This document shows, piece after piece, positions 11,552-21,923 of a stretch of 64,000 bases of DNA. A model generated the notes under the pieces. That model saw only the letters and a list, made by a program, of their open reading frames with translations. It was not told where the DNA came from and ran no database searches. This DNA is from Thermoanaerobaculia bacterium (GTDB lineage: Bacteria; Acidobacteriota; Thermoanaerobaculia; UBA5066). The number at the start of each line of letters is the position of its first letter. The stretch's first letter is position 1. The stretch covers positions 65,111 through 129,110 of the forward strand of contig CAVVDA010000006.1 of assembly GCA_963746875.1 (NCBI GenBank), written 5' to 3'. Both the position numbers and the translations under genes were made by a program.

Positions 11552-12612
11552 CTAGCGCTTCGTCTCCGGCGCGGGAGCCGGCGGCTCGGCCGCGGGCGGA
11601 GCGGGGCCCTTGCCGAGCAGGTAGTTCACCATGTCGTTCACGTTCATCGTCGAGACGTTCGAGCCCGGCACGATGAGGATCTTCTTCTGCGCGAACTGCC
11701 GGGCGACCTGCATCTTCACGTACGCGTCCCCGCCCAGCTTCGAGAGCGCCTCCGCCTCCTTGCGCACGCCCTCGGCCTCGGCCTGCGCGACCGCGATCGT
11801 GGCCTTCGCCAGGTTCGTCTTCGTCTGGTAGTAGCCGTCCGCCTCGTTCTTGATGCGCCCGGCCTCGCCGAGCGCGTCCTCGAGGCGCTTGTTCCACTCG
11901 GAGCGCTTGCCCTCCAGCTCGCTCTGCTTCTGGACGGCCATGTTCTTCTGCTGCTCGATGAGCGTCTGGACGTCGGCCTCCGCCTGCTTCTGCGCGTTGA
12001 TCGCGTCCTGGTATTCCTTGTCGAAGCGGTGCTGCTGGACCTGGAGCTGGTCGACGAGGACGCCGAAGGCCTCCAGCTCCTTCGAGAGCTGGTCCCGGGC
12101 CTTGGCCGCCATGCGGTTCTTCACGGTGACCTGGTAATACTCCTCGCTCGTGATCTCGTTGAACACGTCGCGGATGACGGAGCGCGAGAGCGGCCTGACG
12201 AGGCGTTCCTTGATCTCGAGCGCCGACTGCCCGACGTTCGAGACGAGGTAATCCGCCTTTTTCGGGTCGATGCGCCACATGACGTTCACGTCGATGTAGA
12301 CGTTGTTGCCGTCCTTCGTCTTGAACGTGATGTCGTCCCGGCCGAGCCGGTCGCCCTCGCCCGGGTTCGCCGTCATCAGGAGATTCTGCTGGGAGATCGG
12401 AAGCGTGTTCCAGGAGTTGATGAGCGGCAGGAAGAAGTACACGCCGCCGGGCGAGTAGATCTCCTGCGTTCCGCGCTTCTCGAAGAACCAGACGAGGCGG
12501 GTTCTCACGCCGACTTCCGTGGACGAAGTCGCGCCGCAGCCCGAGAGCGCGAGCACGAGGAGCAGGGCCACTCCCGCGCGGAGGGGCCGGGACCGGCCGC
12601 CCCGGGCGTTCA
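11552..12612 (-). CDS. SPFH/band-7 domain lipoprotein with long coiled-coil and Pro/Ala-rich tail
   Basis: GTG 12612 followed by the lipobox LLVLALSGC. SPFH core (ITFKTKDGNNVYIDVNVMWRIDP, VIRDVFNEITSEEYY), then a heptad-rich region. Its start overlaps the upstream stop (GTGA). Confidence 0.75.
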
Positions 12613-13711
12613 CTTCCCGCCTCCGGGGGCCGTCCCGGGGTTGACGCCGATGACGCTCCAGGCGTTGCGGATGAACGCGATGTACTGCTCGGGCGTCATG
12701 ACCGCGCCCTCGATGTTGCCGAACATCTTCGCCGTCTCGAGGGCGACGACGTAGCGTCCCCCCGAGGTGTTGAGCGCGTCGGCCTTCAGCCTCTTGGCCT
12801 CGGCGGCGGCGACGTTGATCTCCTTGTCGCCCTTCGCGTGGACCTGCGAGGAATAGAGCTCGGCCTCGGCCCGGATCCTGGAGATCCTCGCGCTCACCTC
12901 GGACTCGGCGATCGTGATGGACGCGTTTCCCTTGGACTCGATCTGGCGGAGCTTCGCTTTCTCCTCGTTGACGAGGCTTTCCTTCCGGTTCTTCTCGGCG
13001 AGCTGGACCGCGACCTTCTTGTCGTGAAGCGACTTCTCGTAGTTCGGCACGTAGGCGTAGCCGCGGAGGAGGAGCTTCTCGACGCGGAAGCCGCGCTCGA
13101 CGAAGCGCTGCTTGAGGGTCGTCTCCGCCTCGAGCACGGCGGCGATGCGGATGGCCTCGTTGTAGAAGGACTCGGCGTTCATCTTGCCGAGCGTCGTCAG
13201 GACGCCGTTCTGGAAGGTGTTGATGACGAAGGACTGGACGTAGAGCGTGCCCCAGCCGAACTCCCGGGCCACCCTCACGGGGTCCGCGATCGAGTACAGG
13301 AGCGTGACGTCCGCGCTCACGGCATAGCCGTCGGACGTCTGGACGTTGATCGCGTCGATGATCCGGTGGGTCGCCCTTCCCAGCACCTTCTCGCGGAGAT
13401 GCGCGCGCTCGGCGGACTCGCTCGAGCTGCCCGCCGCCTCGAGGACGTGGATCTCCCGCGAGAACGTGTGCATCGTGATGCCCGGCCCGACGACGTAGAG
13501 GCCCGGCCCGAACGTCCTCTCCACGATGCCCACCTTGAAGCCGAACTTCCGCTGCTCGACGCCCAGCTCGTTCGGCAGGACGCGGACCGTGCAGGCCGTA
13601 GTAGAGAAAGACCACGGCCAGGATGGCGAGGATGCCCAGGATCCCGAGGCGCCTCACGGACGCCTTCAGCGCGTCGAGGGCGCTCCTTTTCCCGAAGACT
13701 TCCACCATCAG
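12610..13711 (-). pseudogene. SPFH/band-7 domain protein with N-terminal TM anchor; one frame switch near 13590
   Basis: ORF 12610..13533 holds the SPFH core (INVQTSDGYAVSADVTLLYSIADP, VINTFQNGVLTTLGKMNAESFY) and a coiled coil. The TM anchor (MVEVFGKRSALDALKASVRRLGILGILAILAVVFLYY, ATG 13711) is in the adjacent frame. Confidence 0.7.
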
Positions 13712-14412
13712 GAGCTTCCCGTCAGCGTCTTCTGCGCCTGCGCGGCGCGAGCGGCTGCGCCCGGCACCGCGAACGACGCCGCCTCCGAAGGCTCGCCCGC
13801 CGTCAGGTAGTGGGAGTCGATCCGCGCGATCTCGTCGTCGGCCCTCGCCACCAGGTGGTTCAGCTCTCCTTCGTACTGGCGGACCATCAGGAACCGCCGG
13901 ATGTTCGGGAACACGAGTCCCGCGAGCATGAAGGGGATGATCCACTCCTTGGACCAGAGCGGAATGAACGGGGCGAGGATGACGAGCGCCCCCACGGCCA
14001 CGCCGGCCACGGCCCATCCGAAGCGCTCGAGGCCGTGGAACGGCTCCGGCGCGAGGTAGAACGCGTTCCGCTCCCGGGGCGTGAACCGCACGGCGAGGCG
14101 CACGTACGCGGGAATCACGACCTTGCGGATCAGGTCGTCCACCTGCCGGAAATACGCCTCGCAGACCGGGGCGTCGAGCAGCGACTCCTCGCGGCGGATG
14201 ATGTCCTTGAGGCGCGGGATCTCCTTTTCGTAGAGGCCCGAAAAGAACGCCTCGGGCGCCTCGCCCTCCGCTCCCAGAAGCCGGTCGTTCAGACCGGGGC
14301 GGCAGTTCTCGAACGTCTGGAGCAGCGAATCCACGAACCCGTCCAGCGCCCGGATCGAGGTGGATGGGCCGCGGGCCAGCATGCTCAGGGCCCGCGCGAT
14401 GGTGGAGTTCAC
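13708..14412 (-). CDS. hypothetical membrane protein, first gene of the SPFH operon
   Basis: Intact 234-aa ORF with a soluble helical N-terminus, two hydrophobic helices (WAVAGVAVGALVILAPFIPLW, IIPFMLAGLVFPNI) and a helical C-terminus. An ATGA overlap joins it to the next gene. No family recognised, and it is not NfeD-like. Confidence 0.55.
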   Translation of the reverse strand: MNSTIARALSMLARGPSTSIRALDGFVDSLLQTFENCRPGLNDRLLGAEGEAPEAFFSGLYEKEIPRLKDIIRREESLLDAPVCEAYFRQVDDLIRKVVIPAYVRLAVRFTPRERNAFYLAPEPFHGLERFGWAVAGVAVGALVILAPFIPLWSKEWIIPFMLAGLVFPNIRRFLMVRQYEGELNHLVARADDEIARIDSHYLTAGEPSEAASFAVPGAAARAAQAQKTLTGSS

Positions 14413-16327
14413 GGCGGAGTGGATTCTATCTCGATCGTCGGACGGCGCCGCGACCCTGGGTTATCCTTCGCCGCGAGTGCGCCGCGCCGGTTGGATCGCC
14501 GCCGCAGTCCTCGCCGCGGGCGGTCCGGCCGTTTTTCTGCTCGAGCGAAAAGGGAGGCACGAGGCGGCTCTCGGCCTCTGGATCGCCCTACACGTCGTCG
14601 TCATCGCGGCCGTGCTCCTCGAGGCGCCACGCCGGGCTCCGTCAGGCGCGGGCGGTCGCCTGCGAACGGCCGGCCTCGTTGCTGCTCTCACCTTCCTGGC
14701 GGCTCTCGCGGTCGGCTGGAACCTCGCCGGCGTCCCGAGAAACGTCCACAACGACGTGGGCTCCACCGTCGAAGCCGCGCGCGCCCTGGTGGAGGGAAAG
14801 CGGGGGCTCTTCGAGCCCGGCTACGCGGAGATCCCAGGCCCCGGTAGTCTTCCCACCGCCCTTTCGCTGAAGCTCCTCGGAAACACGCTCGTCGGCGGAC
14901 GAGCGGGGGCGGCGGCCATGGGAATTCTGGCCGTTCTCGGTGTCTTCGCCCTCGGTAGCGAGCTGCGAAACCGGCGGGCGGGTTTTGTCGCCGGGATCCT
15001 CCTCGTCGGCTCGGTTCCCTTCGTCCATTACTCGCGCCTGACGCCGTTCGGCGAAGTGACGGCGTGGTCCGTCTGGCTTCTCTGGGCCGTTCTCGCGGCC
15101 GCGCGCGCGAATCGGCCCGCTCCGTGGCTCGCGGCGGGCGTGCTCGGGGGATGGGGTCTCATGCTCTTCTACTCGGCCCGCGTCTCCCTCCTCGGCGCTT
15201 TCGCGGGAGCCGCCTTCCTTCTCGCGAGACCGATTCGCGTGGCTCACCGGAAGCTCGGGTTCCTCGCCCTCTTCGCTCTCGGGGCGGGGATGTCCGTCGC
15301 ACCCGTCGCCCCCGTCTGGCTCGATCGCCCCGCCTCCTTCTTTCACAGGATGGCCGACTCCTTTTCCCTCTACGACCCGGACACGGGATGGCACCCCGAC
15401 GTTCTCGCCCGCGCGCTCGGGGAGCCGATGCGGCAGACCCTCGCGATGTTCTGGCCCGTCCTTTCTCGCGAGCGCGGAGCCGACCTGGCGGGGCAGGGCA
15501 CGCTCGATGTTCCGGTCGGCCCCGCCCTGGGAGTCCTCCTCGCGGCCGGCCTTCTTCTCCTCCTGGCGGACGGCTGGGAAGCGGCGGCCCTTCCCGTCGT
15601 CTGGCTGACCGTCATGCTCCTCGGTTGCGGCGTCTTCGCGCAGGCGACGCCCTGGTACACGCGCCTCGTGCCGGTGATGGCCGTGGCCGCTCTCCTGATG
15701 GCCCGGGCCGTGGACGGCATCGTCTCCCTCGTGCCGGCCGGCTGGCGCCGCCTCGCAGCCGCCGCGGTGGCCGCGGCGCTCCTCGGTTTCGTGGCGCTCC
15801 CGAACGTGAGGAAATACCTGAGATTCGAGGAGGAGCAGGCGCCGACCGTATTCACCGCCTTCCGGGTGGAAACGGAACGGCTTCCCGAAGGAACCCGGTT
15901 CGTCTGCGTCACCCTCGAGCGTCCCGACTTCACCTGTCGTCACTCGTCATTCGGGCCGTTTCTTGCGAGGCCCTTCAGAGAGGACGTGTCCGACCCCGGC
16001 GAGGTCCTTCCGATCCCGCCCGGTCAGCGGGCGGCGTTCCTGATCCCTTTCCAGAGGTTCGTCTCCCATCCGGGCGACCCCGAGCTTCTCGTCGGCGAGA
16101 TTCGGCGCTTCCACCCGGACGCGAGGGTCATCCGGACAGGGGAGCTTTCGGAGGACCCCGGGCGCCCGCTCGGCGCCATCGTCGTCGTGGAGCCGGGCAA
16201 AGTCGACGCGACAAAAGGGGCCGTTAGCGATCCCCCGTGGATCACATCCGTCAAGGCGAGGTGCCACGTTTGCGCCACACGACGGGGCGCACCCGGGCCA
16301 GGACGGCGTCGAAGTCGTCGAAGTTGA
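14360..16327 (+). CDS. polytopic membrane glycosyltransferase-like protein (ArnT/PMT, GT-C-like); start and stop uncertain
   Basis: 655-aa ORF with more than 10 hydrophobic helices and an ArnT-like N-terminal third (LGNTLVGGRAGAAAMGILAVLGVFALGSELRNRRAGF, VHYSRL). The true start is probably downstream of 14412 (overlap with the divergent gene). The last ~25 codons are antisense to the receiver gene, and an alternative stop (TAG 16225..16227) is reachable by a 1-nt shift in an AAAAGGGG run. Confidence 0.5.
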   Translation: MDGPRASMLRARAMVEFTAEWILSRSSDGAATLGYPSPRVRRAGWIAAAVLAAGGPAVFLLERKGRHEAALGLWIALHVVVIAAVLLEAPRRAPSGAGGRLRTAGLVAALTFLAALAVGWNLAGVPRNVHNDVGSTVEAARALVEGKRGLFEPGYAEIPGPGSLPTALSLKLLGNTLVGGRAGAAAMGILAVLGVFALGSELRNRRAGFVAGILLVGSVPFVHYSRLTPFGEVTAWSVWLLWAVLAAARANRPAPWLAAGVLGGWGLMLFYSARVSLLGAFAGAAFLLARPIRVAHRKLGFLALFALGAGMSVAPVAPVWLDRPASFFHRMADSFSLYDPDTGWHPDVLARALGEPMRQTLAMFWPVLSRERGADLAGQGTLDVPVGPALGVLLAAGLLLLLADGWEAAALPVVWLTVMLLGCGVFAQATPWYTRLVPVMAVAALLMARAVDGIVSLVPAGWRRLAAAAVAAALLGFVALPNVRKYLRFEEEQAPTVFTAFRVETERLPEGTRFVCVTLERPDFTCRHSSFGPFLARPFREDVSDPGEVLPIPPGQRAAFLIPFQRFVSHPGDPELLVGEIRRFHPDARVIRTGELSEDPGRPLGAIVVVEPGKVDATKGAVSDPPWITSVKARCHVCATRRGAPGPGRRRSRRS

Positions 16328-16652
16328 ACGGCTTGTGGAAGAACCCGAGGTCCCACTCCCGGAGCGGAGCGCGATCTTCCGCCACGATGCCCGACATGAT
16401 CGCAACCGGGATCTCGGCGAGACTCGCGTCGTGCGAAAGAGCCTCGACGACCTCCCAGCCGTTCAGCCCCGGCATGCCGAGATCGAGGAGGATCACCAGG
16501 GGCCTGAGGCCCTGGTTCAGGAGCGTGAGCGCTTCGAGGCCGTTCGAGGCAGCGCGCGCCGAGAATCCCTCCATCCGGGCGAGCTCGACGAGTCCCTCAC
16601 GGAGGGCGCGGTCATCGTCCACGACGAGCACGTCGCAGTCGACATCCGTCAC
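16251..16652 (-). CDS. stand-alone response-regulator receiver (CheY-like)
   Basis: GTG 16652. Contains DVLVVDDDRALREGL, the phospho-acceptor context LVILLDLGMPGLNGWEV, and FFHKPFNFDDF. Confidence 0.75.
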   Translation of the reverse strand: MTDVDCDVLVVDDDRALREGLVELARMEGFSARAASNGLEALTLLNQGLRPLVILLDLGMPGLNGWEVVEALSHDASLAEIPVAIMSGIVAEDRAPLREWDLGFFHKPFNFDDFDAVLARVRPVVWRKRGTSP

Positions 16653-16720
16653 GGCCTTCCTCCCGTACCGCGGACACACGCAAGCGCCCTGCCAGCCCTT
16701 CCGTGTAACCCTTCCAACGC

Positions 16721-19281
16721 TCACGTCACCGGCGCGAGCTTCACCGGTTTCGTGTGCCAGATCTCGCGGACGTAGTCGCGAATCGACCGGTCCGAGCTGA
16801 AGCGCCCCATCCGCGCGACGTTCAGGATCGAGGCGCTCGTCCAACCGACGACGTCGCTCCAGGCTCTGCGAGACGCGCGCCTGGCATTCGACGTAGGCGC
16901 GGAAGTCGGCCAGGACGAGGAAGGGGTCGCTGCTCGACCAGCGCCGTCGGACGAGGGGCCCGAAGAGGCCCGGCTCGTCCGGGCGCGAAGTGGCCGGACT
17001 CGGATGAGGTCGAGGACGTCGGCCAGCTCGCGGTCCGACTCGACGATGCCGCGCGGGTGGTAACCGCGGCGCGACGCGCGTCCTCCACCTCGGCCGCGGT
17101 CAGCCCGAAGAGGAAGAAGTTCTCCGCGCCGACGGCCTCGCGGATCTCGACGTTCGCGCCGTCGAGCGTGCCGATCGTGAGCGCGCCGTTCAGCGCGAAC
17201 TTCATGTTGCCGGTGCCGGACGCCTCCTTGCCCGCGGTCGAGATCTGCTCCGAGAGGTCGGCGGCCGGGTAGATCCGCTGGGCGTTCTTGACGTTGAAGT
17301 CGGGAACGAAGACGACGGCGAGGAGCTCCTTCGCGACGGGGTGCCGCTCGATGGTCTCCCCGACGGCCGTGGCGAGGCGGATGATGAGCTTCGCCGTCTG
17401 GTAGGCGGGCGCCGCCTTGCCCGCGAAGAGGAACGTGCGCGGCGCGATGCCCGCCACGTCGCCGCGGAGGATCCGCTGGTAGAGCCAGGCGACGTGCAGC
17501 AGGTTGAGGAGCTGCCGCTTGTACTCGTGGATGCGCTTGCACTGCGCGTCGAAGAGCGTGTGCGGGTCGACGGTGCGGCCCATCCGGTCGCGGATCCACT
17601 CCGGCGAGGCGCGCCTTGTTGGCCTGCTTCACGGCGCGCCAGCGCTCCCGGAAGACGGCGTCCGCGGCGAGGCGGCTCCAGCTCGGCGAGGCGGTCGAGG
17701 TCCGTGAGCCAGCCGTCGCCGATCGCCTCGGTGACGAGCGACGACAGGCGCGGGTTCGACTAGCGCGACGAAGCGCCGCGGCGTGACGCCGTTGGTGACG
17801 TTCGTGAAGCGCTCGGGCCACAGCTCGGCGAAGTCGCGGAGGACGGTCTCGCGCAGGAGCCGCGAGTGCAGCGCCGCGACGCCGTTGACCTTGTGGCTGG
17901 CGACCGTCGCGAGGTGCGCCATGCGCACGCTCTTCTCGCCGCGCTCGTCGATGAGGCTGCAGCCGCGAGAGCCGCCCGTCGTCGCCCGGGAAGCGCGTCG
18001 CGCACCTCGTCGAGGAAGCGGCGGTTGATCTCGTAGACGATCTCGAGGTGGCGCGGCAGCAGGCGGCCGAAGAGCGGCAGCGGCCACGTCTCGAGCGCCT
18101 CGGGCAGGAGCGTGTGGTTCGTGTAGGCGAACGAGCGCGACGTGATGTCCCACGCCTCGTCCCAGCCGAGGCCGTGCTCGTCCATGAGGAGCCGCATCAG
18201 CTCGGGAACCGCGAGCGCCGGGTGGGTGTCGTTGAGCTGGATCGCGAACTTGTCGGCGAACTCTGTCGATCGTCGTCCGCTGGAGGAGCAGGCGGATGCA
18301 GTCCTGCAGCGCGCAGGAGACGAAGAAGTACTCCTGCTCGAGCCGCAGCTGCTTGCCGGCCGGTCGAGGCGTCGTTCGGGTAGAGGACCTTCGTGATGTT
18401 CTCGCTGCGGATCTTCTCGTCGACCGCGCGCCAGTACTCGCCGACCTGGAACGCGTCGAGGTCGAACTCCTCGGCGGCGACGGCCGCCCACAGGCGGAGG
18501 AAGTTCGTCGTCACCGTGCCGTAGCCCGACGACCGGCGTGTCGTAGGGGACGCCGCTCACGACGCGCGCGGGGATCCACGTCACGCGGCAGCCGGCCGGC
18601 GTCGTCCACGACGGTCTCGGTGCGTCCGCCGAAGCCGACGGGGTGCTCGATCTCGTACCGGCGGACCTCCCACGGGTTGCCGAACCGGAGCCAGCGGTCG
18701 GTGCGCTCGACCTGCCAGCCGTCGCGGATCTCCTGGTCGAAGATGCCGAACTCGTAGCGGATGCCGTGGCCGATGGCCGGGAAGTCGAGCGTCGCCAGCG
18801 AGTCCATGAAGCAGGCCGCGAGGCGCCCGAGGCCGCCGTTGCCGAGGCCGGGCTCCTCCTCGTGCTCGATCAGCTCGTCGAGGTTGAGGCCCAGCGACTC
18901 CATGGCCTTGCGCGCCGGGCCCTCGATGCCGAGGTTGAGGAGGTTGTTGCCGAGCTGCGGCCCCATCAGGTACTCGGCGGAGAGGTAGATGACCGTGCGG
19001 TGCTGCTCCTCGAGATAGGTGCGCGCCGAGCGGATCCACCGGTGGAGGATCCGGTCGCGCACCGCGCGGGCGAGCGCGAGGTAGTGGTCGTTTCGCGTCG
19101 CGACGCCCGGGAACTTGGCGACCTCGAAGAAGAGCTTCTCGACGAACGACCGGCGGATCGCGGCGGCGTCGAGGCCGAGCACCACGTCGTCCGCGTTGAT
19201 GTCCTTCGCCTGCCGGCCGGAGAGCATGGGCGATGATAGGAGACATCTTCGCCGCCGCGTCGAGGAACGCCTTAGCCATCG
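16721..19281 (-). pseudogene. glgP: glycogen/maltodextrin phosphorylase; about 8 frame switches
   Basis: [19 protein letters not shown] (ORF 18511..19353), [28 protein letters not shown] with the PLP lysine (ORF 16822..17583), and the C-terminal FSSDRSIRDYVREIW (ORF 16721..17821). The start is ATG 19281 (MAKAFLDAAAKM, with a shift) or ATG 19227. Confidence 0.9.
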
Positions 19282-19369
19282 GCACCGCGCCGTGTTTTTC
19301 GCGGAACCGCCTGCAGCAAGGTCGGGCCGGACAGGAGGCGGAGAATAGGACATACTGCACGGAGACAGC

Positions 19370-21817
19370 GTGCCGGACCGGAGACGTGAACCGCGTGGTC
19401 AGATCGGGATGGCCCCAGGCCAGTTACGATCCGTGACGCGTCCCGCCTTCCTCAGGCGTCTCACGTCCTCGCAGCGGGTCCTCCTGATGCCGGTGGTCGC
19501 CGCCGTGGCATTCCTTCTTCTGTTGCTCCTGAACTGGAGCGGCAGCCGCCGCTCCGAGAGGCTCGGGATACGAATGAGGGACGGCTACGTCCCCGCGCTC
19601 GAACTTGCCGTGAGGCTCACGCAGTCTTTCACTCGTCTTCAAAGGACGCTGCAGGACGCCGTGGCCGGCTCCGACATCGACCACCTGCTCGAGGGGGATG
19701 CGGTGAAGGAGGAGATGGTCCGGCAGCTCGAGGCAGGGAGGAGGAATCCGGTCCTGAGCGCGCCGGAGCTGAAGGCGCTCCAAGCCGATGTCGAAAGCTA
19801 CTACGAGCTCGCGAGGTCCACGTCCCTCGCGATGATCGGGCCGGCACCGGGAAGGGACCTGACTCCCTCTCTCGAGCGGATGACGAAGGGCTACAACGAG
19901 CTCAAGACCCGGCTCGACGCCTTCTCGACGCGGCAGAACGCGGAGACGAACGAGGCCTTCGCGAGCACGGAAACGGCTCAACGAAGGTCCGCGGAGCTCT
20001 TCGGCGGCGTCATCCTCGTCTGTCTCGTCCTCCTCGTGGGCCTCTCCGCCGTCATCGGCCGCTCACAGGAGGAGGCAGCCCGGGCTCACCGGGAAAGCGA
20101 GGAGCGCTATCGGCAGCTCTTCGAGCTCAACCCTCAGCCGATGTGGGTCTACGACCGCGAGACGCTGGGTTTCCTGGAGGTCAACGAGGCCGCCATCGTG
20201 CACTACGGCTACTCCCGCGAGGAGTTTCTGGGCCGAATGACCCTTCGGGACATTCGGCCCGAGAGGGACATTCCACAGCTTCTCGAGGACATCGCCAGCC
20301 CGCTGGCCGTCGGCAGCGCACCCCATGTCCGGAAGCACCGGACCAAGGACGGCCGGCTCCTCGACGTCGAAGTGGCCTGGCACGTGATCAGCTATTACGG
20401 CGCGACCGCGCAGCTGGCGCTCCTGACCGACGTGACGGAGAAGAGGAAGGCGGAGGAGCTCCTCCTGAAGAGCCAGAAGATGCTGGAGTACTCCGCGTAT
20501 CACGACGGCCTCACGGCGCTTCCGAATCGTAGTCTCTTCAGCGAGCTTCTGAGCCAGAGCATCGGCCAGGCGCGTCGCCACAACAGGCAGCTGGCCGTGA
20601 TGTTTCTCGACCTCGACCGTTTCAAGTACATCAACGACACGCTCGGACACGAGGCCGGCGACCAGTTGCTCCAGGAGGTCGCCACGAGACTCAAAGCCTG
20701 CTTGCGCGACAGCGACACGGTCGCCCGCCTGGGGGGCGATGAATTCGTCGTGCTGCTCCCGGAGCTGCCCGAAGAGAAGGACGTGACGGCCGTCGCCTGG
20801 AAGATCCTCTCCGGTATTTCCAAGCCCTTCGTCCTTCTGGGACAGGAGTTTCGCGTCACGACGAGCATCGGCATCAGCACCTATCCCGGCGACGGTCTGG
20901 ACGAGCAGACGCTCATGAAGAACGCCGACACAGCGATGTACCGGGCCAAGGAGGAGGGCAAGAACCAGTTTCAGTTCTACTCCGAGAACCTGAACATCCA
21001 GTCCCTCGAGCGTCTCGCTCTCGAGTCGAGCCTGCGGTTTGCCCTGGAGCGCAACGAGTTCGAGCTCCACTATCAGGCCAAGAGGGACATGCGGAGCGGT
21101 CAGATCACCGGCATGGAGGCGCTGCTGCGCTGGCGACACCCCGACCTCGGCACGGTGGCGCCCATGAGATTCATCCCCCTCGCAGAGGAGACCGGTCTCA
21201 TCGTACCGATCGGAAAGTGGGTTCTGAGGACGGCCTGTTTGCAGAATGTCGCGTGGCAACGCCAGGGTTTGCCTCGATTGAGGATGGCCGTCAACCTGGC
21301 GGCGCGTCAGTTTTCCGATGAGGCCTTGCTTCCGGACCTCGTGTCGATCCTCGAGACAACCGGTATGGATGCAAGCCTTCTGGAGCTCGGGATCAACGAG
21401 CGTCTGCTGATGCACGATGTGGAAAGGGCGCTGCGGATCCTGACCGCTCTCAAGGACATCGGAGTGAAGGTCGCGATCGACGATTTCGGGATCGGGTACG
21501 CTTCGCTTTCCACGTTGAAGCGATTCCCTTTCGACACCATCAAGATCGATCGCTCGTTCATCCGCGACGTCGCGAGCGTCGCCGAAGACAAGGCCTTCAC
21601 CGAGGCCATCATCGCGATGGGGAGAACGCTCAGCCTGACGGTCGTCGCCCAGGGCGTCGAGACGAGGGCGCAGGTCGATTTCTTGCGCGAGCACGCCTGC
21701 GACGAATTCCAGGGCTTCTATTACAACAGGCCGGTGCCGGCCGAACAGTTCGCGAAATTGCTCCAGTCGCAAACGGACATTTCGGACAGCGGCACGCATG
21801 TAACCGACGCACCCTGA
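19370..21817 (+). CDS. membrane-bound sensor PAS-GGDEF-EAL protein (c-di-GMP turnover)
   Basis: Intact 815-aa ORF. Two TM helices flank a ~170-aa periplasmic helical domain. Also a PAS domain (YRQLFELNPQPMWVYD), GGDEF with an I-site (RDSDTVARLGGDEF), and an EAL domain (EALLRW, DDFGIGYASLS). The usual EGVE motif reads QGVE. Confidence 0.9.
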   Translation: MPDRRREPRGQIGMAPGQLRSVTRPAFLRRLTSSQRVLLMPVVAAVAFLLLLLLNWSGSRRSERLGIRMRDGYVPALELAVRLTQSFTRLQRTLQDAVAGSDIDHLLEGDAVKEEMVRQLEAGRRNPVLSAPELKALQADVESYYELARSTSLAMIGPAPGRDLTPSLERMTKGYNELKTRLDAFSTRQNAETNEAFASTETAQRRSAELFGGVILVCLVLLVGLSAVIGRSQEEAARAHRESEERYRQLFELNPQPMWVYDRETLGFLEVNEAAIVHYGYSREEFLGRMTLRDIRPERDIPQLLEDIASPLAVGSAPHVRKHRTKDGRLLDVEVAWHVISYYGATAQLALLTDVTEKRKAEELLLKSQKMLEYSAYHDGLTALPNRSLFSELLSQSIGQARRHNRQLAVMFLDLDRFKYINDTLGHEAGDQLLQEVATRLKACLRDSDTVARLGGDEFVVLLPELPEEKDVTAVAWKILSGISKPFVLLGQEFRVTTSIGISTYPGDGLDEQTLMKNADTAMYRAKEEGKNQFQFYSENLNIQSLERLALESSLRFALERNEFELHYQAKRDMRSGQITGMEALLRWRHPDLGTVAPMRFIPLAEETGLIVPIGKWVLRTACLQNVAWQRQGLPRLRMAVNLAARQFSDEALLPDLVSILETTGMDASLLELGINERLLMHDVERALRILTALKDIGVKVAIDDFGIGYASLSTLKRFPFDTIKIDRSFIRDVASVAEDKAFTEAIIAMGRTLSLTVVAQGVETRAQVDFLREHACDEFQGFYYNRPVPAEQFAKLLQSQTDISDSGTHVTDAP

Positions 21818-21923
21818 CGAAGCGTGCGGATTCCCCGGTTCACTTCGCGCAGAACTCGTCGCGCGCGACTAAGCCCTTGAAAAAAGAGGATACTGCTCGA
21901 AGATCGCGTGGGAATCGAGAGGC

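Noticed and set aside
16227-16327. A 77-bp convergent overlap between the glycosyltransferase-like ORF and the receiver gene, considered as a possible antisense regulatory arrangement.
   Set aside because: The last ~25 codons of the plus-strand ORF look like an antisense translation. A 1-nt shift in the AAAAGGGG run gives a stop at 16225..16227, so the overlap is probably an indel artefact.
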